From Mobula birostris (taxonomy: Eukaryota): a stretch of 64,000 nucleotides of DNA. Below are positions 13,410 through 25,039 of this stretch, piece after piece (position 1 is the stretch's first letter; every line of letters begins with the position of its first letter). The stretch is taken from assembly GCF_030028105.1 (NCBI RefSeq), contig NC_092375.1, forward strand, positions 167,027,415 through 167,091,414, in the 5' to 3' direction. Made by a program: the position numbers and the translations under genes. The notes beneath the pieces were generated by a model that made no database searches, had not been told where the DNA came from, and saw nothing but the letters and a program-made list of their open reading frames with translations.

Positions 13410-13802
13410 CAGTACTGCGCAGAAGTCATAGGCACAAGTAAACAAAAAATTTGCAAAGCGAAGATGCTTTCAAAAATAATGCATTGAAGTTCCTTAATAT
13501 CAGAAATTTATAATAAAAAGCAGTAAATAGTAAAAAAAACTAAATCAAATCAATATTTGGTGTAACGACCCTTTGCCTTTAAAAATGCATCAATCATCTT
13601 AGGCAGTTTTGTAAGAAAATCGTCTGGTAGGTTGTTCCAAGCATCCTAGAGAACTTGCCACAGTTTCTCTGCAGACTTTGGCTGTCTCGCTTGCGCCTGT
13701 TTCTCCAGGTAACCCCAGACTGCCTCGATGATGTTGAGATTAGGACTCTGTGGATGCCATACCATCTGAGACCATATAGGGTGCCTAAGACTTTTGCACA
13801 GT
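13410..13802. mobile_element. Non-autonomous Tc1-like DNA transposon
   Basis: Left end TA|CAGTACTGCGCAGAAGTCATAGGCAC. Right end GTGCCTAAGACTTTTGCACAGT is its imperfect inverted repeat. Confidence 0.7.
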
Positions 13803-16800
13803 GATCAAATAAGTCTTGTTATATGGAATAGAATATCTTAGATGATGGCTATATAACAACAGTAAAGCGTGATGTAAACATCTATATAATTCTCTACCAC
13901 AATTACACCACACATCACGCTGGGAAAACTAAATGTAACATGTACATACGCTCTTTAGATGTTATTTGTGTGCGCCATGAGATTTACATTCACTTCTTGA
14001 CTTACGAAAACGAAGATTGATACAGATATTTAAATAAAAGGTACAAGAAGCAATAAGAATAACACTTAATAAATGCTAAACTGATAATGGCAAGAGATGA
14101 GACTCCGTAACCCAGTTTCAGCAGGAACCCGGTCACCTGACGATTCCAGAGAATGTTTTCCGATCATCTCGGAAGTTAGAATCTGTGCACAAGAAATTCG
14201 TTGATCATGTTACCAAATAAGATTTTTTTTAAATTTTAATTTGAATCCTGGCGTATTTTTCAAAATGCCGAAGGGCAGAATGAAAAATAATATGTTATTA
14301 CTTATTGCTTGGATTTCCAGCATCTGCTGATTTTCTCTTGTTTGTGATAAATTATTACTTCACAGAGACAAAGCAGATTTTCCTTCCTAGATTCCGTGAT
14401 AAGGAAATACAAGTGGAACTCATGGTTTGGCACTAAATTACATGCATTGATTTCAGTAAATCCTTTTGGCTTTCAGTACTTCCTTCTTTACAAAGATACC
14501 CGTTTCCTGTACTGACTATGTTCTTCGCTAATATTTAGAGAAGCAGCCCGAAAAGCGGTTTTAATAATCTGAGAGAAGTATTGCAGAACAGTGAGTTCCA
14601 ATTTATCATAATTTGTACTCAAATACTATGTTAAAAGCGCAACACATTTGTTCAAGAGCGCACGAGACATCTCATCAGAGAAAAGAAAGTATATAAAGTG
14701 AGTTGCTCCTACTTTCATAGTGAAGAAAATGTAAGATAATATTTGCTTTCGGACAGCTGCTGTTATTTAGAATTCCGGGGATTGGATTAAAATAGAAGTC
14801 GCCCTCTCAAGTTGCTCGCATCTCTGGAATGCAGACAAAGGGGTTCTTTCCGGAAGTAGATCAAGGCCAAGGTCAAGGTAGAGAGGGGGTGGGGTAGGGG
14901 GAGACAGAGAGAAAGAAGGAGAGGGATCAAGACGGTAAATAGTGGTTTAAAGCTGTTGAACAGCTCGGTGGGAATCACTCAAGAATCTGAAAATCTGACA
15001 TTAGCTGTGATTTGTAATTGGAAAAACATGTGATATTTTAATATGTCAAATCACTGAAAACAATTATTTGCTTCGAATTATGTAAAATGAAGCTCTAATT
15101 TACTTACAGGGGGTGTGTTAGTTTGCTCACTCAATTCGCTTTAAAACTAAATCCCCATTTTCATAAGCACGTTGAGTGAGATTCATGTTGGATTTCACCC
15201 GAAGGCCCATCATCAAATTTCAGAGCAACGAGAAATCGGAATAAATGTGGCCTTACGGCATCGCCCGCATCTAAAACAGACTAAAAATGCAGAGTCTACT
15301 CATATAAACAATTTGCATTTTATTTAAGCGTTTGGGCAATATTTCCTTGCAATGTGCTGATTGTATTTAGGGAGTAAAGGTAACGTTTAATCGTTCTATA
15401 TAAACATTAAAGGCATTTATTGAACGATATTTTGATCCACAATTATTTTCTTTAATTTTTTCACACTCTTGTGGAAAATTTAACACAAACTTTTCATTGT
15501 TGATTTGTGAACTGTGCTTGGAATCCTAGTTGGGGTTTTTTTTTTCGAAGTATAAAATTTTGTTTATTTTATATTGCATTCGTATTGGTGTTAGGTTTTA
15601 CTTCGGTGTTGGGGTGAGTGAAAATAGAATTAAGAAGTTTTTTGTGTAAAATATTTGCTGTATGTTATTCTGAATGGCAAGATTCATAAGCCTAACGTAT
15701 TAATAATATTTTGGTTCAAAATTATACTTGTGGTAAGTGTAATATGTGCTTAAAAATAGACATCATTCACTATTAAGTGTCAAGAATTCTGATTTGAGAA
15801 TATGTTAGGTATTTCTCTAATTATACTCAGAATTCTTCGGCATGCTAGATTGATTCTGAATTATTTCAGCCTGTCATTAAAGTAATTCGATGCAATTTAA
15901 TGCGTAAGTATGTTAAAACTGATATTAAAATCTAGAAGTACTGTATCTACTTTACGTAGTTACCGATACCAGATACTTGTTTATGAATAACAATCAGTTA
16001 ATAGAATATATATACAGATATGCAGACTAAGAGGTTATATGAGCTCCGTTTGACTTCACATTCTCATAAAATTGTCGTTTTTTGTCAAACACAATGGCTA
16101 ATACTAATACCTGAATAAAACCAGATTACTGAACTTCTTTATTTTCTCAGTAAAAAGTTAAGTATTATCAATGCGTGAGTATCCAGTGTGCAAATTGAAT
16201 TATGCAATATATGTGATTAAAAATAAACTCTGGACAATCCCTGCTATGAAATCCATTTTATTTGCAACATTTCTGTTTTACATCGATAATAACTTACTCA
16301 TATAACGGGCTTACAACTAAACTGGATTTACTCCATCAACAATAATCAAGATAATGAAATATGTCTTTAATCTAATGTCATTAGCAACCAATTAAACGCT
16401 TAAAATGAACACCTCTTGCTTCGACTTCTATGCGTGTGTTCCAGTTAGAACTACGGAAGTAATTTACTACACTGCAAGCTGCAAAACTATACTCTCTGCT
16501 CTGGGTCTACCAAATACTTCAAAGCTTTGTGTCTGTGTATGGGAAGATAATGTGGAAATTGTATAGACCCCAATTATTTAATCAAAAAACACAATTAAAA
16601 ATATTCTTTAAATAGTACACTCTTCCTTCGCACAACAACCACATTCAAATCGCTGTTGTGGGGATCAAACAGGCCAAAACCCAGCTTACAGAATTATTGT
16701 ATTAAAATGCACGCCTGTTTCCAATTCCAGGTCTTCAAATTGAGTTTACAATAATGTATGAGAAGAGTAGATTTTGTAAAGATAATATATTTTGTATAAA

Positions 16801-18218
16801 AGTAAATTTACCTCTACAGGTACCAGCGTAATCTAATCCCAGAACACAATACTGTAGTTTCATTAGGTAGAAAGAAAACTTATCAATAAGCATAATGTCC
16901 CGGGATAGTGCATGGGATTCAAATACATATATAAAATGCAAAATATGTATTCATGTCTCCAAATTAGAATGCTTATTAGTTAAGCAAATGCACGTCCAAT
17001 ATGTATTCTAACGAATTTTAGAATTCTGAAATCAGGTGTTTTATTCTGTATAGTACAAGGAAATATCATTCCTGCCTCCGTTCTATTCGACAGAGGTGTA
17101 GCGAATAAATAAGTAAATTCCACTGCCCACTATTTAAAATTAGTTAACTTGAATGTTCAGGTTGTTTTGGTAATGTTGTATTTAAACATTCATTCTAATG
17201 TACTATTAAGTCTAACAGTATCCTATAGGACATTGCATCCATTAAAACTTTAATAACTAGGAATTTGGTGTCTTCATGAACAGCACTGGCGCGCAGATAT
17301 TTACTTTTGCATTATTCCATGGCCTTCGCAGTGGTAAAACGGGAGCTATGAACGCACGTAGCCTTCAGAAGGTTGTACGTGTCATGGTTAATTGGATCGG
17401 GCTGCAGATCTCATTCGGTACTCATTTTAAAGTAGCCAATGTTTACTCTTTTTTTCTTTTTATAAATGATGGAAAATATAGTTTGTCATAATGTAATTAT
17501 ACAGTGGCGCTACGTGGAGAGCTTGCAAATTGGTCTAATTTCAAGGCGGTAAATCTGATTGTCAGTTTTTAATACGTATAAAGGTCGCCCAGAAAATCTG
17601 TAATAGAAAAAGAAGTTGACAGGATGGGCACAAGAAGTAGGGTTATTATTGTATATTCTTCAATATCTATAAGAATTGCTATTCAGCAATGGGGTGTTTA
17701 TTGCATGAACTATATTCCAAGTATCCTTGAAGGAAGAAGACCTAAAAGTTTTCCACGTCATTAATAGTCTAATAAGGGGTTAAAAAAGGTACAAACGACG
17801 TCAAACAAAATTCTCATACTCCATTCTATGTAATGTGGAAGCCTTCCCATAGTTGACACCTTCTCCCAACACTAACATATAAAGAGTGTCCGAATATTCA
17901 CTTGGCAATACTGTTCAACACTAGGGCCATACTGTTTTTAAATTACCTGCCCTGGACATAAAAGATGACTCCAAAATAGAATTCATTTTGTTAAGGGTGG
18001 TACATAAACGCAATGCTTTGAATCAGACGGTACATTGGCGGCAATATTTGACCTTTGGTATGCAATTGAAAAAGGTATTAACTGACCAGCATTTCATTCG
18101 AATGCTTTTAATTGTAATTACCTAATGAACCGAGTTTTAAACATCAGGTTATTGTATCCTTTACTATGCACGTAAACTATTTCTCTAGATATTCACAGCA
18201 AATATTGGCATGTAACAT

Positions 18219-18490
18219 ACACAAAATTATGGAGGAACTCAGCAGAAACAAGAGAAAATCTGCAGTGCTGGAAATCCAAGAAACACACACAAAATGCTGG
18301 AGGTTCTCAGCTGGCCAGGCAGCATCTATGGGTAATAGTATAGACGACGTTTCGGGAAGAGACCTTTCAGCGGGACTCAAAGAGCCTTGGCCCGAATCAT
18401 CGACCGTTTACTCTTTTCCATAGATCCTGCATCGCCTTCTGAGTTCCTCCCGCATTTTGTGTGAGAAACTCAGAAGGTCACACAGCATCC
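18219..18490. mobile_element. Degenerate Penelope-derived inverted-repeat element, apparently inserted into an older copy
   Basis: Arms at about 18286-18377 and 18380-18463 are inverted copies of the same terminal sequence seen at 19415-19495. The hammerhead cores are decayed. Confidence 0.65.
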
Positions 18491-18491
18491 A

Positions 18492-18795
18492 CGAGGGGTG
18501 ATTGGTAAGTTCTTGGCCTAAGGTAGAAGGAGTCAATTTTAGAAAACCTAGCACATTTATTTTTCAACATAGTCCCCTCCTACATGTACACACCTAGTTC
18601 AGCGGTCATGGAACATACGGATCCCTTCTTTGTAGAAGTTAGCGTCTTGGACCTCCAGTAAGTGGTCCACAGCAGGGGTGATTGATAAGTTCGTGGCCTA
18701 AGGTAGTTGGAGATGAGTTATTAACTTCAAACTTTCCGCATAATCACTCAAAGAGTTGAACTACATGTGCATGTAACGAGAGCTGTATAACTCAG
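18492..18795. mobile_element. Mariner-like DNA transposon remnant
   Basis: Begins CGAGGGGTGATTGGTAAGTT (mariner-type terminus), with an internal direct repeat of about 40 nt at 18674-18713. Confidence 0.5.
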
Positions 18796-19495
18796 GCCCG
18801 CAATCCATCCATCCAGGTGAGGCAACAGCGAATATGTTGGGGTCTTCTGCTGTACCCGGTGCTCCCGATATGGCCTCCTCTACACTGATGAGATCCGAGG
18901 TAGATTGGAGGACGTCTTTACGGAACACCTTCGTTTCATCCGCAAAAAAAAACCGAGAGTTTCCGGTTTTAATTCCAATCCGCATTCTTATTTAGATATG
19001 TCGGCCCATAGGTTCCTCTATCGCCATGATGAGGCCACTCTCAGGTTGGAGTTCCGATACCTCTTGTTCCTTCTGGATAACTTGATGGTATGAATATCGA
19101 TTTCTCTAACTTCTGGTCATTTTCTACCCTCCCCCTTCCTTCTTCTTCAATTCCTCACTCTGCCTCCCTCCTTACCGCTTCTCTTCCCCAGATCTGCCTA
19201 TCATCTCCTCCTTCCCTTTCTCCAATGGTCTCCTATCAGTTGCCTTCTTCTCCAGTCCTTTACCTTTTCCACTTCACCTCCTAGCATCTTGCTTCATCCC
19301 TCCCACACCAACCTAGGTTCGTCAATCACCTTCTAGCGTGTACTCCTTCCCCTTTCCGCACCTGCTTATTCTGGCGTCTCTTCCCCCCCCCCCGCCCACC
19401 CCCCACCTTCCTTTCAGTCCTGAAGAAAGGTCTCGGCCGAAAGATAGTTGCTGTCTGACCTGCTGAGTTCCTCCAGTATTTAGTGTGTGTTGCTA
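18796..19495 (+). mobile_element. Penelope-like retroelement 3' fragment (decayed GIY-YIG endonuclease, pyrimidine-rich UTR, terminal repeat)
   Basis: Translation VGVFCCTRCSRYGLLYTDEIRGRLEDVFTEHLR is a decayed GVIYC..C..CGLLYIGET.RRL..RF.EH motif. The fragment ends with CAGTCCTGAAGA...GAAA and ...GTGTGTGTTGC. Confidence 0.8.
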
Positions 19496-19574
19496 CAGAT
19501 GCGAGACATACATATCTGGACATAAGCAAATTAGGTGTAAAAACACAGATACAAATGAGATCTGATTATTCTCA

Positions 19575-19690
19575 GCGCGGTAGCCTCGTTGGTAGTACCA
19601 GCGACACGGGTTCAATTCTGCCCCTGTTTATAAGGATTTTGCACGTTCTCCCCGAGACTGGGTGCTCCGATTTCCTCCCACATACCAAAA
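19575..19690 (+). mobile_element. tRNA-derived V-SINE (HE1-like) fragment
   Basis: B-box-like GGTTCAATTC followed by a V-domain-like GGGTGCTCCGATTTCCTCCCACATACCAAA. Confidence 0.6.
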
Positions 19691-20064
19691 AATATTCTGC
19701 AGCCAACTTCCTTTCCTCATTAGCTTTAATGATTCTGACAAAGAATAATAAAATTAAATACTAGGAGGGAGGGGAAAACTGACTATAAAAAGTCATTTTC
19801 TAGAGCAGAAAAAGGAAGGCAAGTTTTAAAAACTAAATTGATTATGTTACAGAAACAAAATCCTGTAACCAGCGTCACTTTATGTACATACAATTACATA
19901 TGTATTTAAGCTATCTTATATTTTTTATTTTTATTGCCTTTTCATTATTCTGTTCTTCATCTTACTTTATTGTGCTGCATCCGATGCAGAGTAATAATTG
20001 TTTCCTTCTCCTTTATACTCTTCTACTGGAAATGACATTAAACAATCTTGAATCTTCAGTCTTG

Positions 20065-20142
20065 AAACTCAGCAGGTGAGGAAGCAGCTATGGAGGGGAA
20101 TAAAAACAGTCGTCGCTCCGGGCGTGACCCTTCACCAGGACT
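20065..20142 (-). mobile_element. Decayed Penelope terminal-repeat fragment
   Basis: Similar to the arms at 21878-21980. The hammerhead core is mutated (CTGGTGA...GGAGC). Confidence 0.6.
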
Positions 20143-21701
20143 CTGCATAAATTGATTATGCTCGCCGGATTTGTTTGATCAATTGTCTTTGCAATAACAT
20201 AATGAGATGATTTCCTTTATAATTGTATATAGTATTTGAGATTAATATATCATTGAGTTAAACAATACTGAGCAGAATTGCTATAATGTTATCAACCGAA
20301 CTCCCGCAGGAACACAAATGGAAATTCTACTTTTGTTTACGAAATCAGTGAGAGTATTATAGTGGAACTATATAATTATTAAAATTCAAAACAGGAAGAG
20401 AATAGCAAATACTCAAGGTGGAAATAATCCTGAAGCAAAATTAGGCATTGAACAGATTAACACAGAGATAGATAGGAATACAGATACATACATACATTCA
20501 GGCGGACATACCTGCATGTATATATACATAGATCGATTGATTTGAAGATAATTTGAATATTCATTCGAAAACACTGTTCCGTAATAAGACAGTGCTTTCA
20601 AATTATCTGCTCTACGCAAAAGATGACTCCGTAAAGAATTCATTGTTTTTGAAGTGTCGCTGGAAGCGTTTAAGTCCTTTATAAATGCATAATTCTAATC
20701 AAATGTCGCATTGTCTAGAAGCTTTGGCCTTGATTTGACCTTGAGTTATACATCTGACAATCACTGATTCAAGCGATTCTCTTGTAATTGGTTAGTATCT
20801 AACACTTTTCGAGTACTGCTAAGTTTACCGTGTAGGAATTTTTTCTTTATATGCACAACAGGTATATGTTATTTTGTGTTTTGTATTTCAGAAACTTCGT
20901 CATGAAAAACCTCACAGAAAAATACATTTGATTCTTACGTTTTCCCTGAAATCGAGTACAGGATAGACAGACGGATAAATCGAAATCAATCGATCGATCG
21001 ATCAATCAATCAAGAGATAAGTATATATTGTAATTTAAATAGAACCTGGATTTATTTTGTATTTTTAGAATTTAAATGCGTTATGTAAACGTACATTCGT
21101 CTCCAGCTATTAAATTCTGGCTTATACATATTTCAACGTGTTTTGGAAAAACAAGGTTAAAACTGTTTTGAATGCACACCGAATGCCATGTAGCGCCTTC
21201 ACAAAGTTGCCAGTTTTATTAAAATTCACATGCAGTACAATGAGGTATTTCAAATAATTTCAAACCTGAAAATAAAATCATTCAGCTGAAAAGTCCTATA
21301 CAACCCCTGCCAATATTATCATTTTGTCACTAAAGGTAACGATCAGAAAATCAGTTTCTTCATTCGAAGTAGTCAAGTGTTTGTTACATTTTATGGTTTA
21401 CAGATAATTATTTTAGCAAATCAAACAATATCTCCATTAAGAATTAAATGCAGTGTAACTATTCCTTGTTCCCTACTTTTAGCAAAATCAACCCGTTAAT
21501 ATCACTTAACGCAAACAAAACTAAATCTTACAGTATAGTCAGATCATTTTATCACACAGTTGTTTAAAGAATGAAAATGATCTGTGTTGAATCATCTATG
21601 TCCATGTATATTTGAAGAGACACAATTAGCCATTGCGTCCTAGAAACGATATTTTTGTAACTGATAAAGCCATGCTTCCTTTGAATAAAAGTGTTCCCCT
21701 T

Positions 21702-21791
21702 TCAGACTCGAGAGCAGCTTGGATGCATCGGTTGTTGCACACGAAGAAGCTTTTTTTCTTTTTGTCTCTGGTTTTGGAACCATATTTTTAC
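21702..21791 (-). CDS. hoxd14: HoxD14 coding exon 3 (helix 3 and C-terminus)
   Basis: Acceptor tattttcag|GTA. Encodes VKIWFQNQRQKEKKLLRVQQPMHPSCSRV*. WFQNQR and the intron between Q and V of the homeobox are hallmarks of vertebrate Hox14. The spliced protein is 264-266 aa. Confidence 0.9.
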   Translation of the reverse strand, partial: VKIWFQNQRQKEKKLLRVQQPMHPSCSRV

Positions 21792-21939
21792 CTGAAAATA
21801 GAAGCAAAATTTAATAAAACAAAATATGGCAAATATGAACGGAAACAACAGGAATTCTGCAAATGCTGGAAATTCAAGCAACACACATCAAAGTTGCTGG
21901 TGAATTCAGCAGGCCAGGCAGCATCTCTAGGAAGAGGTG

Positions 21940-21977
21940 CAGTCGACGTTTCAGGCTGAGGCCCTTCGTCAGGACTA
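21940..21977 (-). ncRNA. Minimal type I hammerhead ribozyme motif, sense to the HoxD14 pre-mRNA
   Basis: The minus strand reads UAGUC-CUGACGA-AGGGCCUCAGCCU-GAAAC-GUC^GACUG. Stem I is UAGUC/GACUG, the conserved core is intact, stem II is a hairpin, and a palindromic ACGU replaces helix III. Confidence 0.7.
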
Positions 21978-22027
21978 ACTGAAGGATGAGTGAGTAAGGG
22001 ATTTGAAAGTTGGAGGGGGAGGGGAGT

Positions 22028-22065
22028 TAGTTCTGACGAAGGGTCTCGGCCTGAAACGTCGACTG
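22028..22065 (+). ncRNA. Minimal type I hammerhead ribozyme motif, antisense to HoxD14
   Basis: UAGUU-CUGACGA-AGGGUCUCGGCCU-GAAAC-GUC^GACUG. The core is intact and stem I has G-U wobbles. Confidence 0.68.
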
Positions 22066-22260
22066 CACCTCTTCCTGCAGATGCTGCTTGGCCTGCTGCG
22101 TTCACTAGCAACTTTGACGTGTGTTGCAAATATGAACGGCCTCGGTTTAATGTTCTGTGAGAATAAACACGCCCACCTGTTGACAAACTAAAAGGGAACA
22201 CCGTCGCCCAGGTACTCCACTTTTTTTCGTTTTGTAAAAGCAGAAAAGAGATAGTCTTAC

Positions 22261-22442
22261 CTGCCTTTCTGTCAAACCTAATTTAAAAGAAATATTTAAT
22301 CGGATTTCGGGGGTCAGGAATCGATTTTTTTCGAAAGCTTTTTCCAGTTCAGCAATTTGCTGTTTGCTGTAAGGGATTCGTTTCTTCCTTCGTCTATTTT
22401 CTAGGTTTTGCGACGTTGACCATTGCGATGTAAATCCTAAAG
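22261..22442 (-). CDS. hoxd14: HoxD14 coding exon 2 (homeodomain helices 1-2)
   Basis: Encodes [45 protein letters not shown], then donor CAG|gtaaga. Two in-frame acceptors are possible (exon start 22442 or 22436). Confidence 0.9.
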
Positions 22443-23113
22443 CTGAAGTAACAGACACATCCATGAGCAGGTTTACCATCAATTTAAGGAAATATAATGT
22501 TTTAGCAGGTGGAAGTCTCTGCTAACCATACTACTGATGCCATCCTAACTTATTTTGTTATCTATTTAAATTTTCAGTTCTATTAAAGTCGGATGATGCA
22601 ATCTATGGCAATATGTTTATACGCAAAATTACTAATCTTCAAGAAATACATTTGCATTTAACTTAAAGTGAAATGAATTGTCGTATACCATTTTTTTTCA
22701 AATTTGGCTCCAATCTGTCCTTGTATTTTTCAAAGGGTGGAGACTATATCCAAAGTGTTTGATTTTCAACAAAAGCAGACGTTCGTCTTACCTCGTTAGG
22801 TGAAAATACTTTATTCTCAAGCATAAAAGTTTGGCTTGGCCTCTGAAATGTTTTAATTAAAAATAGATATAAAGAAGCGAAGTTAATAGGAAATAATGGA
22901 TTGTTTTCTTTTGGTGAATTGGTTGAAAAGATGTCACGCGTATCTCGATTTCGTCTACTAAAAGTAATTGCCTTGCGACCAGACTCAAGTTAAAGTAAAC
23001 ACAATCAAACAAGAAAATAGCAACCTTGTTGTTATTTAACATCTATAGAAAATGAACGCAATCTTTAACCACGTCAACCGCCACAGGATATCAATATGCA
23101 TCAACAGACTGAC

Positions 23114-23642
23114 CTAAATGCATTGGGGTGCTGGAACTTGTAGTATGAAATGCTCCTCCTGAAATAGATGCTCCACAGCATTGAGAATAGTTGTAGGCAG
23201 ACGTGTCCGGGTCATTGGGATCGGCCCGGGTCTGGGCAGGTGCAGCTCGGGGGTATTCTAATGCCCAATTCTGATAACTTGTTGAGCTTGTGGGGACTTC
23301 TCCTTTAATGCAAGCATTATGGCGGTAGTTACTAAACAAAGATATATCACTGTCACTTTGAAGCTGGTTGGCAGTGAATGGAACTGCCTCAGGTGAGATG
23401 GCAACAATCCCCCGATCTGGTTTTCCATACGAACCGCAAGCTGAAATGTCTTCTGAATACAATCCGTGGCATCTTCCACTTGGAGTCGTTTTCAAAGCCG
23501 AAGGAAACATAGCAGGCGAAAATCCAACGTTCGTGGAAAGTACTGGTTTCATGTCAATTGGGCGCACTCCATCTTGCAACAATACCGTCCTATCGCTAGA
23601 TGTCTCTAACGTCAGCTTGTACTGCAGCGACGTTGAATCCAT
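23114..23642 (-). CDS. hoxd14: HoxD14 coding exon 1
   Basis: Open frame of 176 codons from the ATG at 23642 to donor TTAG|gtcagt (intron starts 23113). It is phase 1, matching exon 2, and lies between HoxD13 and Evx2. Confidence 0.8.
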
Positions 23643-23984
23643 CTTATAAATTCTCTAAAATTAATGGTTGTCTTCACTCCAAACCCTGCAGATATAATTT
23701 CACATGTACGTTTGTCACAACTTGTAAGTGCAAATATTGAGAATGATATACCCGTGCAGGCAATGAGTACCTCTCAGAAAATGGCACTATTTATTAAGCA
23801 CATACTACACCCTGGTCCAAACTACCTGATCATTTTATTGCAGTAACTCTACCGCAGTTGGCAAATAAAACAGAGTGTGGACTCTTTGCAAATTAAACTC
23901 TGCGAACAAACGTCAAGGACACGAACTACATCACAGAATGACACATCTGTACTGTAGTTGTTGACCCAAGGTCAATGCTGACTT

Positions 23985-24100
23985 TTGTATCTACTTCCTC
24001 TTTCTTTTTTTCTCTGTAAATGCCTGTAAGAAAATTAATCTTAAAGAAGTATATAGTAACAAATACGTACTTTGATAATAAATTTATTTTCAAGTTTGAC
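23985..24100 (+). repeat. 3' tail fragment of a Rex1/Babar-type LINE upstream of HoxD14
   Basis: ...AAGAAAATTAATCT...GTACTTTGATAATAAATTT matches the LINE tails at 52085-52145 and 59960-60016. Confidence 0.5.
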
Positions 24101-24694
24101 GAGTTGGTTGCTGGTTGCCTCGAATGTGTAAATATGTCCTTTTTTACACCGAGTGCCAGAAATGAGTCATAATATAGTAGAATTCTGAACTGTAATCTGA
24201 AATAAACCTTCTTCGTGACAATTCAGCATGCGTCAGACAAAAAGCATTTTAAAGGAGCTTTTATTGCCCGCTATAACCCTTTAAGCTTCAGAATTACACC
24301 TCGCGTACCAGCATTAGACGGAAGAGCAAATATTTACCCTGTTACTGTAAAACCTTCTTTGAGCGAGGTAGAGAGATTACTACTGAACTGCTGTGATCAG
24401 TCTATTTCTTGGGGTTTGGTCAGTTGTATGACTTTACTAACCGATTAAAACTTTCTATTACCATAAATTTAAAGCTAATTACAATATAAAGATTAGAAAC
24501 CAGAATCAGAGAATCGAGGGACCACAGAACAATACAATGGATATTAAATAATGTAACCCATGTTCAATGTGCTTTCTTTGTACTCTATTCATTACACTGC
24601 CAGTTTCATTAATCAGTATTATGGCAATGAAAATCGGCATTATTCTACAGTCTTAAATCAACCACTAATTAATAATCAGTTAATTATAACAAGA

Positions 24695-24825
24695 ACACGA
24701 GGAATTCTGCAGATGCTGGAAATTCAAACAACACATATCAAAGTTGCTGGTGAACGCAGCAGGCCAGGCAGCATCTCTAGGAAGAGGTACAGTCGACGTT
24801 TCAGGCCGAGACCCTTCGTCAGAAC
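24695..24825 (-). mobile_element. Single-arm Penelope terminal repeat with hammerhead core (24790-24825)
   Basis: Near-identical to 21843-21975. The minus strand reads GUU-CUGACGA-AGGGUCUCGGCCU-GAAAC-GUC-GACUG, with a shortened stem I. Confidence 0.8.
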
Positions 24826-24982
24826 GAGATAAGGACGTATAACGAGATTGTGTTTTGACTATTCAGATAGTTGGGCTGTGAAATAGATTTGGACATGTAA
24901 AATTTTGTCCCATCACTTGCTCTCGACAATTACAAACCTTCTACGACATCCACTGTTTGAAAATGGCAGGGCCGCTGTTACT

Positions 24983-24983
<1 letters not shown>

Positions 24984-25034
<51 letters not shown>
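24984..25034. repeat. (CA)n microsatellite
   Basis: About 25 uninterrupted CA units. Confidence 0.97.

Positions 25035-25039
<5 letters not shown>

Larger units (their letters stand above)
21843..22127. mobile_element. Penelope-derived palindromic element in HoxD14 intron 2
   Basis: Inverted arms at 21878-21980 and 22025-22127, a 35-nt one-sided tail at 21843-21877, and the direct repeat AAATATGAACGG (TSD) at 21831-21842 and 22128-22139. Confidence 0.88.

Noticed and set aside
21878-22127. Hairpin as a microRNA gene
   Set aside because: It is a multi-copy TE-derived sequence with a TSD. No miR-10 or miR-196 mature sequence was recognised in the window.
21788-22201. 137-aa ORF within HoxD14 intron 2
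   Set aside because: It is a translation of the Penelope-derived palindrome, not a gene.
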